Source: Gammaproteobacteria bacterium
Lineage (GTDB): Bacteria; Pseudomonadota; Gammaproteobacteria; JAJFKO01
Direction: 5' to 3'
NCBI GenBank assembly: GCA_021773175.1
Contig: JAJFKO010000067.1
Coordinates: forward strand, 118,611-182,610
Length of the DNA stretch: 64,000 nt
The notes below the pieces were generated by a model. It ran no database searches, had not been told where the DNA came from, and worked only from the letters and a program-made list of their open reading frames with translations. The position numbers and the translations under genes are program-made. Positions 12,467 through 20,167 of the stretch are shown in pieces. Each line of letters starts with the position of its first letter. Position 1 is the stretch's first letter.

Positions 12467-13333
12467 TTAAACAATAGGTTTGGTTCTATAAAGCTTCTCG
12501 CCTTTTCTTTGTATTTTTTGCCAGAAACCTTTGTTAGTGCGTAATTCAGTTTTGATGCTTTTACCCGTGTAAGCTTGTATAAATCGATAATAGTCTCGAA
12601 TGCTTAAGCCGGATATCTTACTAGAAAAATACAAACCACTAAGATCTTTAATCAGCCAGCGCTGTGGCGTTTTGCGACGCCGTTGCGCGCGATGCAAATC
12701 AATAACTGAAATAACCAGATTATCTATTTTTAGACTCTCAGGGTTTGTAGCTTGTGTAAGTAGGAAATGCAGTAAATAGCAATCTCGATGATTGATGCCA
12801 TTACAGTGCATACCTTTAACGCTTGCTGCTAGCGTATTTATTAGCGCTATTTTTCTAGAAAATGCTGGTGCCTGCTGTGGCCAAGAGACAGTAAGGTCAT
12901 GTAAGTTTATGGTATTTGTTAGTGCCTCAGTAATAATGAAAGATTGCATTGTTAATGGGTTTTTTCCACGTTTACCAAAGCCTGCGATTTTAGGTGCAGC
13001 CACCTGATGACTGTGTAAATGCATAATGGCGCGCCATTCATTTTCAGCGCTGTAAATAGGCCATTGAAAGTGAATTAAATGTTTGATGAATTCTTTAATA
13101 CTAATGCCATGATGGCGTTTTATATAATACTGTTTATTAGCAAGAGTAAATAATAATGTTTCCCGATTTTTCACTGAACGTATGGCTTCACCAGATAGCG
13201 ACATAATCTGCTGAAAAACATCTTGGTTTGATTCGAGTTGTTTACTAATTTCAGGGGATAATTGTAATATCATAAACTTTATCGCTTTGAGGAATACTGG
13301 CTCTATTCCATAATTTTTTCTAAATTTTGCCAT
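12467..13333 (-). CDS. waaP: Lipopolysaccharide core heptose(I) kinase
   Basis: Strong collinear match to E. coli WaaP/RfaP: NPLTMQSFIITEAL, GINHRDCYLLHFLL (WaaP: GINHRDCYICHFLL), ISVIDLHRAQ, DLSGLYFSS. Confidence 0.85.
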   Translation of the reverse strand: MAKFRKNYGIEPVFLKAIKFMILQLSPEISKQLESNQDVFQQIMSLSGEAIRSVKNRETLLFTLANKQYYIKRHHGISIKEFIKHLIHFQWPIYSAENEWRAIMHLHSHQVAAPKIAGFGKRGKNPLTMQSFIITEALTNTINLHDLTVSWPQQAPAFSRKIALINTLAASVKGMHCNGINHRDCYLLHFLLTQATNPESLKIDNLVISVIDLHRAQRRRKTPQRWLIKDLSGLYFSSKISGLSIRDYYRFIQAYTGKSIKTELRTNKGFWQKIQRKGEKLYRTKPIV

Positions 13334-14337
13334 ACCTTTTGCGGGGTAAGACGACTAAAACAAGCGGGCTCGACAGGTTTCGCTCCCTGATAATGACATT
13401 CGCGCTTCATGCACGGCGCACAGGGAAAGTCCGCTTGTAAATATTTAAAGTTTTCGCCGACACTGCCACTTAAGCCTGGATTCGTCGGACCATAAAGAGA
13501 AATACAGGGTGTATCAAGTGCTGCAGTAAGATGGCCTAAACCTGTATCGACCGCAACAACTCCCGCCGCATTAACAATGGTTGTGGCAAGCTCTGTTAAA
13601 TGCAGCTTGGGTAGAACTTCGACGTAGTCGCATTGCTTTGCAATATCTTCTGCTCGTTGTTTCTCTGTTGCATTGCCCCAGGGAAGTTTAATAAACAAGC
13701 CTGCCTGCTTAGCAATGTTTGCTAGTTCAATCCAATACTCTACTGGCCAATGCTTGGTTGCCCATGTTGTGCCATGAAAAAAAACTAAATAAGGGTAGCT
13801 GAAATCTTCACTTGTGCTTAGCTGTAATTTTTCTTTATCTAAACCATAGTCTGGCATATTAGTCGGTAGTTCATAATTGAATGTTTCAGCAAATAATTTT
13901 CTTACGCGTGTAATCGCCTGTAGATCACGGGGAACGGCGATTTTTTGTTGATAGGCAAAGCGAGCTAATGGTTCGCGAGCTGATTGCTTGTCTAAGCCAT
14001 AATAATGTTTTCCGCGGGCAAGACGCGTGACGATAGCGCTTTTTATTAAGCCTTGAGCATCAATGATGTAGTCATAATGTTCACTACGAAGCTGTTTAAT
14101 AAATGCAGGAATTTCGCAGCTTGTTATTGCTTTTAAATAGTTTTTACGCCACCGGCGTAGTGAAATGGGAATAACACTATTCACACAGGGATGCATCTTA
14201 GGTATTTCAGTAAAAGATTCTTCTACGACCCAGTCACACTGTAATTCCGGATGATGTTTTGCTGCGTCCGTCAATGCCGGCAAGGTATGAATGACATCGC
14301 CTAGAGACGAGGTTTTAATAAGTAATAGACGCATGTT
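13303..14337 (-). CDS. waaC: ADP-heptose:LPS heptosyltransferase I
   Basis: MRLLLIKTSSLGDVIHTLPALTDA is near-identical to the WaaC N-terminus (MRVLIVKTSSMGDVLHTLPALTDA). The ORF track starts 13 codons earlier (14376); the likely true start is Met-14. Confidence 0.85.
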   Translation of the reverse strand, partial: NMRLLLIKTSSLGDVIHTLPALTDAAKHHPELQCDWVVEESFTEIPKMHPCVNSVIPISLRRWRKNYLKAITSCEIPAFIKQLRSEHYDYIIDAQGLIKSAIVTRLARGKHYYGLDKQSAREPLARFAYQQKIAVPRDLQAITRVRKLFAETFNYELPTNMPDYGLDKEKLQLSTSEDFSYPYLVFFHGTTWATKHWPVEYWIELANIAKQAGLFIKLPWGNATEKQRAEDIAKQCDYVEVLPKLHLTELATTIVNAAGVVAVDTGLGHLTAALDTPCISLYGPTNPGLSGSVGENFKYLQADFPCAPCMKRECHYQGAKPVEPACFSRLTPQKVWQNLEKIME

Positions 14338-14341
14338 GTAG

Positions 14342-15403
14342 CTACCCTGTCGTTTGTAAAGCTGATATTGCTTCAATCACCATGTCTGGTTTTATATCCG
14401 TTAAACACTTTAAGTGGCCTAGCGGACATTCACGTTGAAAACATGGGCTGCATTCTAGACCCAATCGTAAAATCGTTTTCTCATCATTTAATGGTGGTGT
14501 AAAGCCTGGGCTGGTTGAGCCGTAAACGGCAATCAAAGGTTTTTGTAATGCCGCTGCAATGTGCATTAAGCCGGAATCATTACAAACGGCGACATTAGCT
14601 AAGGATAACAAGTCTATTGCTTCGGCCAATGATGTTTTACCTGATAAGTCTTGGCAGATATTATTGGTAATGGACTGTATCTCTGCTGCAATGGGTTGTT
14701 CTTTGGGCGAGCCAAACAACCATACATGCCAGCCTTGTTGATGAAATTCTTGTGCCACGGCCGCATAATGCTGGCTAGGCCAACGTTTTGCTGGGCCAAA
14801 TTCTGCGCCTGGACATAATGCCAGAATTGGTTTGTCTGTGGTTAACTGATATTTATTAGCGGCAGCTTGGCTATTAACAGGATTGGTATGTAGCTGCGGG
14901 CGATAGTTGATTGCAGCTAAGTCTGTATTTGCGGTTAAACCTAATGCCATGAAGCGCTCAATCATTAGAGGATATTGTGCTTTATCAAGTTTACGTAAGT
15001 CATTAAGTAATCCATAGCGCATTTCACCGCGCCAGCCACGACGTGTTGGAATTCTTGCTAAGAAGGGAATTAAAGCTGATTTCCATGAATTAGGTAAGAT
15101 AATCGCTTCTGCATAATGGTTCTGTTTTAAGATTTTAGCAATGTGGTAGCGTTGGCTGAATTTTAATTCGCCATGGCCTATCGGCAGCTCGATAGCATTG
15201 CTAACTTCTGGCATGCGCTCCAACAAAGGAAACGTCCATTTTGGTGCGAGAACATCGAGTTGGCAATTAGGTCGTTCTGCTTTTAATAATTGCATAAGGG
15301 TTTGAGCCATGATCATGTCGCCTATCCAGGCAGGACCTACAAGCAGAATTTTGTCATTCTTTTTTAGCAAAACAGACTCCAAACTCATGTGAAAATTGTG
15401 CAA
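14342..15403 (-). CDS. waaF: ADP-heptose:LPS heptosyltransferase II
   Basis: KILLVGPAWIGDMIMAQTLMQLL matches the WaaF N-terminus (KILVIGPSWVGDMMMSQSLYRTL). GT9 family length. Immediately upstream of waaC. True start may be a few codons in. Confidence 0.85.
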   Translation of the reverse strand: MHNFHMSLESVLLKKNDKILLVGPAWIGDMIMAQTLMQLLKAERPNCQLDVLAPKWTFPLLERMPEVSNAIELPIGHGELKFSQRYHIAKILKQNHYAEAIILPNSWKSALIPFLARIPTRRGWRGEMRYGLLNDLRKLDKAQYPLMIERFMALGLTANTDLAAINYRPQLHTNPVNSQAAANKYQLTTDKPILALCPGAEFGPAKRWPSQHYAAVAQEFHQQGWHVWLFGSPKEQPIAAEIQSITNNICQDLSGKTSLAEAIDLLSLANVAVCNDSGLMHIAAALQKPLIAVYGSTSPGFTPPLNDEKTILRLGLECSPCFQRECPLGHLKCLTDIKPDMVIEAISALQTTG

Positions 15404-15477
15404 TTATACCCATTACACTGCTCTAGAGGCGAAGAGTATACCAAATATTTTTAGATAGAGATTCATTTCTTGCCAGA

Positions 15478-15527
15478 ATTTAACCTAGATTCCGCAGTAA
15501 ATGGCAACTGCGGAATCTAGGTTAAAT
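15478..15527. repeat. Perfect 20-bp inverted repeat (atttaacctagattccgcag / ctgcggaatctaggttaaat) with a 10-nt loop, between the LRR gene and waaF
   Basis: Seen directly. No flanking T-run on either strand, so not a canonical intrinsic terminator. Confidence 0.6.
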
Positions 15528-15592
15528 ATTCATTGCATACATGCATGGACAATTTGTTAATAGCAAAACACTCTGAAAAGAGATGAAAATGA

Positions 15593-16603
15593 TTATTTTT
15601 GTATAGATTTATGATAATTAATTTTAATAGAATCATTCAAATTTTTCGCAAGTTTGCGAATAATTGCGATGGCCTCTTTATCTAGAAGGAAGATGTTGAC
15701 ACTTTCTATCGCTGTATTTTCAAGATTATTCATTATTGCTGAGCAGGCTTCTTTGCTTAAATTGCGTAAACCAAGCTTCTTAATGTTGGTTTGTGGCAAA
15801 TATTCCATAAAAGTTTCAACACTATGCAAGCTTAAACTACGTAATGCGATAGTGTGAATGTTGGTTTCATTGATGCTTCTCATTGTCGTTTCGATGGTGG
15901 CAGGATTGTGGGAGCGTAGTACCATAACTTCAGTGGAGCTGTTACTTAAGGCAGGCATTAATTCGGCCATAGCTTCCGCACAAAGATTTTTTGAGCCAAT
16001 ATTGGGTATATTTGCTGCTGGCAAGTAAGCTGTGATAGCCGCGATTGAAGCGGGGCTTAAATGTTGTAGAGCTAGCATAGTAATGTTGCTTCCTGCTAAG
16101 CGTTCAGCAACGACATTGGTTGCTGCTGGCGACATATAACGTAATGCGATCGTATGTATTTGGCTATCTTTTATAAAACGCATCGTTTCTTCTAGGGCGT
16201 CTTTTTGTAGGTTTTCTATACCAATGCTTGCGATTTGAGTTTGTTGAATAATATGGCCTAGTTGTTCACAGGTAGCTAAAGAGATTTTTTGTAAGCCAAG
16301 AAGTTTTATTGTTGTTTCAGGTAATGTTTCAATAATTGGCGCAAGGACTGCAGCATCAGTATCTGACAAAGCAAGCTCAACAATATTATCATTGTTAATT
16401 AAGGCTTCACCAACAAGCTCACCAGCTTTCTGATCAATATTATGCAAGATCAGTCGCTTACAACTGTCATTCCCGGCTAAAGCATTAATAAATGTTTCCT
16501 CTGAACATTGACCATCATTATTAAATTTACCCGTTAACATAAACTTATAGGGCGTTTTATCGAAAGTTAATAATTGCAGGGTTTGTTTGTCAAAATGCGG
16601 CAT
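15593..16603 (-). CDS. Leucine-rich-repeat (RNI/LRR-like) protein. Eukaryotic-like; candidate secreted effector.
   Basis: Tandem ~25-28-aa units with recurrent (I/L)xxLxLxxxxLsxxxxxxi patterns (…IHTIALRYMSPAATNVVAERLAGSNITMLALQHLSPASIAAITAYL… / …IHTIALRSLSLHSVETFMEYLPQTNIKKLGLRNLSKEACSAIMNNL…). Confidence 0.5.
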   Translation of the reverse strand: MPHFDKQTLQLLTFDKTPYKFMLTGKFNNDGQCSEETFINALAGNDSCKRLILHNIDQKAGELVGEALINNDNIVELALSDTDAAVLAPIIETLPETTIKLLGLQKISLATCEQLGHIIQQTQIASIGIENLQKDALEETMRFIKDSQIHTIALRYMSPAATNVVAERLAGSNITMLALQHLSPASIAAITAYLPAANIPNIGSKNLCAEAMAELMPALSNSSTEVMVLRSHNPATIETTMRSINETNIHTIALRSLSLHSVETFMEYLPQTNIKKLGLRNLSKEACSAIMNNLENTAIESVNIFLLDKEAIAIIRKLAKNLNDSIKINYHKSIQK

Positions 16604-16616
16604 GGTCAGTACTCCA

Positions 16617-16823
16617 CTAGTCCACTAAAATGTATTCAGCATCACAGTAAGGACATGTGACGTGTTTTGTTGGGCTTAGTTCAATCGGTAAATAAACTCT
16701 AGGATGAGAGTCCCATAAGCGATATTTTGGCAATGGACATGCTAGAGGTAAATCTTGATGACTAACTTTATATTGGCGCTTGCTATTACCATTCTCGTTA
16801 TTTTGTTGATGCTGTGCTGTCAT
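16617..16823 (-). CDS. Small zinc-finger (zf-CHCC-type) domain protein
   Basis: C…CPLP……HPRVYL……CPYCDAEY motif arrangement typical of the CHCC zinc-finger family. Divergent from phoB. Confidence 0.45.
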   Translation of the reverse strand: MTAQHQQNNENGNSKRQYKVSHQDLPLACPLPKYRLWDSHPRVYLPIELSPTKHVTCPYCDAEYILVD

Positions 16824-16992
16824 CGCGGTTCTCTCTGTAATGAATAGGACTTACGCAATTTGCCTCGTCTAAAACGTTTATCGTAAGTCCTAATAATATA
16901 GCAGATTATTCAGTTTTCATAATCATAATGAAAAATATATAAGTTTTGGTTACACTTCACATTATTCTTAATCAACTAAAGATTGATTTTCT

Positions 16993-17694
16993 ATGCAACA
17001 GAAGCGTTTTTCAACAATACTATTCATTGAAGATGAAGAGCCAATTCGCGATATGGTGCGTTTTTCGCTGGAGACTGAGGGCTTTGTTATGCTCGAAGCG
17101 GGCGATGCTGAGGCCGCACAAGCTGTATTAGCTACGCGGATACCAGATTTAATTTTATTAGATTGGATGTTACCAGGTAAAAGTGGCATTGAAATTGCTA
17201 AACGCTGTAAGCAAGGCGATATGACACGTGATATTCCCATTATCATGTTGACGGCTCGAGCTTCCGAAGATAGTAAAATTCAAGGTTTTGCCGTGGGGGT
17301 TGACGATTATATTGTGAAACCGTTTTCACCTAAAGAATTAGTTGCCAGGATCAGAGCTGTATTACGTCGTGGACTACTCGTTTCGGCGGAAGGTATTCTT
17401 GAGTTTGATCAATTACGTTTAGATAGCCATTCTCACGATGTTAGTATTGCTAACCAACAGCTCAAATTAAGTCCAACAGAGTATCAGCTGCTGTATTTTT
17501 TTATGATGCATCCGGAGCGTGTTTATTCAAGGGAACAATTACTAAATCATGTCTGGGGTGGAGAAGTCTATATTGATGATCGTACTGTTGATGTGCAAAT
17601 ACGACGATTGCGCAAAGCGCTGGCTAAATATGAACATGATTACCTGATCCAAACGGTGCGTGGAATGGGATATAAATTTTCGGATAAACGATGA
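16993..17694 (+). CDS. phoB: Phosphate regulon response regulator
   Basis: Receiver domain (ILFIEDEEPIRDM…DLILLDWMLPGKSGIE…DIPIIMLTAR…DDYIVKPFSPKELVARIRAVLRR) plus winged-helix output domain. Near-collinear with E. coli PhoB. Followed by phoR with a 4-nt overlap. Confidence 0.85.
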   Translation: MQQKRFSTILFIEDEEPIRDMVRFSLETEGFVMLEAGDAEAAQAVLATRIPDLILLDWMLPGKSGIEIAKRCKQGDMTRDIPIIMLTARASEDSKIQGFAVGVDDYIVKPFSPKELVARIRAVLRRGLLVSAEGILEFDQLRLDSHSHDVSIANQQLKLSPTEYQLLYFFMMHPERVYSREQLLNHVWGGEVYIDDRTVDVQIRRLRKALAKYEHDYLIQTVRGMGYKFSDKR

Positions 17695-18716
17695 TCGAGA
17701 GTCAACGCTGTACAGATAGAGAATTAGCTGATGTTTTGCCTGATGCAATCATTGTTTTAGATGAGCGCGGCAAAATTTTATGGTGGAATATTACGGCTGA
17801 TAACTTTTTTGCATTGACTGAAAATAAATATGAAGATATTACTGAGCTATTAAAGCAGCGGGCATTTCGTGCTTACCTCATCAATAAAGGCGAAAAGCCC
17901 GTAGAAATAATGCTTGGTGATGCCAATAAAACCGTTATCTCTGTTGCTATTGTTTCTTATGGCAAAGAACAGCAATTATTTATTGCGCGAGATATAACGC
18001 ATATAAGCCGTTTAGAGATTATGCGCGAAGATTTTGTCGCCAATGTTTCTCATGAATTGCGTACGCCTTTAACGGTTATCCATGGTTATTTAGAGATGCT
18101 AACGGAAAAATATAGCGAGCAAACAGGTCCATTTAAGCGTATTTTTAGTCAGATGTATCAACAAAGTGTGCGCATGGAGAAATTAGTTAAAGATTTATTA
18201 TTACTCTCGCGCCTAGAGATTACTGAGCCGCATAAAGATGACTTACCCTTTGTTGTGATGGCTCCATTGTTGCAAGCTATCAGTGATGATGCTGCAGCAT
18301 TAAGTGGTAAAAGTGAGCATGGCTTTCATTTGAATATTGATGACAAACTTAATCTTCTTGGTAATGAAGATGAGTTACAAAGTGCATTTTCTAATCTTAT
18401 ATTTAATGCTGTTAAGTATACACCTGCTGGCGGCGATATTTATGTTGATTGGCATGCTGATGAAAATGGTGCCTGTTTGCAGGTTCATGATACTGGCATT
18501 GGTATCGCCGAAGAACATATTCCTCGTTTAACGGAACGTTTCTATCGTGTTGATAAGGCGCGTAGTCGAGTTAGTGGTGGAACCGGTTTAGGTCTAGCAA
18601 TTGTAAAGCATGTGTTAAAGCGCCATGAAGGTAATTTAACGATTTCTAGCGAATTAGGTAGTGGCAGCACCTTTGCGTGCTGCTTTCCTTTGGAGCGTAT
18701 CAGTAAGTCCTGTTAG
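17691..18716 (+). CDS. phoR: Phosphate regulon sensor histidine kinase (short, cytoplasmic PAS-HisKA-HATPase form)
   Basis: H-box SHELRTPLT, N-box NLIFNAVKYT and G-boxes HDTGIGI / GGTGLGLAIVK. Translationally coupled to phoB. Confidence 0.8.
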   Translation: MIESQRCTDRELADVLPDAIIVLDERGKILWWNITADNFFALTENKYEDITELLKQRAFRAYLINKGEKPVEIMLGDANKTVISVAIVSYGKEQQLFIARDITHISRLEIMREDFVANVSHELRTPLTVIHGYLEMLTEKYSEQTGPFKRIFSQMYQQSVRMEKLVKDLLLLSRLEITEPHKDDLPFVVMAPLLQAISDDAAALSGKSEHGFHLNIDDKLNLLGNEDELQSAFSNLIFNAVKYTPAGGDIYVDWHADENGACLQVHDTGIGIAEEHIPRLTERFYRVDKARSRVSGGTGLGLAIVKHVLKRHEGNLTISSELGSGSTFACCFPLERISKSC

Positions 18717-18718
18717 TT

Positions 18719-19654
18719 TTAAGTGGTACTTGTGTACAGTGTTAACCAGTCTGCATGTTCTTCACTACGACCGTGTACGACAGAAAAATATTTTTCTTGT
18801 AAACGTCTAGTTATCGGTCCGCATTTACCGGGACCAATAGCTTTTTTATCGATGGAGCTTATGGGAGTTATTTCTGCCGCTGTTCCTGTTAAGAAAGCTT
18901 CATCTGCAGTGAATAGTTCTTCTGGTTGAATGCGTGTTACTGTGACTGGAAGCCCCATTTCTTCAGCAAGTTGCATAATCGTTCTACGGGTAATTCCAGG
19001 TAGAATAGCGCGCGTATCTGGCGTATAAAGATTACCGTTTCTTATGATAAAAATATTTTCGCCAGAGGCTTCTCCGACATAACCGTCTTGATCTAATAGA
19101 ATAGCTTCATCACATCCAGCTTCATTGGCTTCTCGTAATGCCATAACCGAGGTTAGATAGGCTCCATTCGCTTTAGCATGAGCTAACTCACAATTTATAT
19201 AAGGTTTTGACAGAGAAACAACTTTTGCTGAAATACCTTTATCTAATCCCTCATCACCAAGATAAGCTCCCCATGGCCAGGCTGCAATCATAACATGAGT
19301 TGATAAGCCTTTAGCGCGCAAACCTAAGCCTTCCGCGCCATAGAAACACATTGGTCGTAAATAAGCAGATTCAAATTTGTTTTCATGAATAACTTGTTGT
19401 GCTGCTGAGTTTAATGCTTCTTTTTCGAAAGGGATTTCCATACGGACAATTTTTGCAGATCGGTATAAACGACTTATATGCTCGTCAAGTCGGAAAATAG
19501 CGGGGCCATGATCAGTTTCATAGGCGCGAATTCCTTCATAAACACCAACGCCGTAGTGCAGAGTATGTGTTAGTACATGAACTTTTGCTTGTCGCCATGG
19601 AATAAACTTACCATCTAACCAAATCACCCCATCTTGTTCTGCTAATGTTGCCAT
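18719..19654 (-). CDS. ilvE: Branched-chain amino acid aminotransferase
   Basis: MATLAEQDGVIWLDGKFIPWRQAKVHVLTHTLHYGVGVYEGIRAY is a typical class IV aminotransferase (IlvE) N-terminus; EITPISSID near the C-terminus. Likely start is Met-5 of the listed ORF. Confidence 0.85.
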   Translation of the reverse strand: MATLAEQDGVIWLDGKFIPWRQAKVHVLTHTLHYGVGVYEGIRAYETDHGPAIFRLDEHISRLYRSAKIVRMEIPFEKEALNSAAQQVIHENKFESAYLRPMCFYGAEGLGLRAKGLSTHVMIAAWPWGAYLGDEGLDKGISAKVVSLSKPYINCELAHAKANGAYLTSVMALREANEAGCDEAILLDQDGYVGEASGENIFIIRNGNLYTPDTRAILPGITRRTIMQLAEEMGLPVTVTRIQPEELFTADEAFLTGTAAEITPISSIDKKAIGPGKCGPITRRLQEKYFSVVHGRSEEHADWLTLYTSTT

Positions 19655-19937
19655 TTTATTCCCCATTCTTGTTGTTATTATCCTAGATATGAATTCTATA
19701 TAGTCATTATAAAGTTTAATTGACTATACCACTCACACTTCGAAATGCGAAAATTATAGCAAACATTTTTGCTGTTAGAGAGATTATTTTAAACGTGCAA
19801 TATCGGTGCTATTACTTGTTTAAAATAATTTCTCTGGCGACAAAAAGGAAAGTAGAAATTTGCATTTTGGAGTGTGGGTGGTATATACATCTTTTACATG
19901 AAGATGCGACTTTTAGCATGCCATTAGCACATCATCT

Positions 19938-20012
19938 TCACAATAAATAATATGGAAAAATGAGGCGCATAGTTATTCTGCGTAAAGATTTTTTCCATAT
20001 TATTTATTGTGA
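19938..20012. repeat. Perfect 23-bp inverted repeat (tcacaataaataatatggaaaaa … tttttccatattatttattgtga) with a 29-nt spacer, in the 500-bp gap between glnE and ilvE
   Basis: Seen directly. Forms a long hairpin. Not followed by a T-run. Confidence 0.6.
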
Positions 20013-20167
20013 TAACGCACTACTGGCCACTAAAAGCAGTAAGCTTAAGAAGTATTTAGTTTTAGGCGATCTCGCATCTTCATGTAAGAGATGTATATAT
20101 TAATTTTTAATTAATATGAAATTATCGATTATCTATTGAGTTTTCATAGGTGACTTAACAACCACTT

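Noticed and set aside
14559-14799. Small ORFs 14559..14741 (+) and 14614..14799 (-) inside waaF
   Set aside because: Overlap a well-supported conserved gene in other frames or on the other strand. Shadow ORFs.
19720-19950. 76-aa ORF in the glnE-ilvE spacer
   Set aside because: No RBS, odd composition, and it overlaps the long hairpin's left arm. More likely non-coding.
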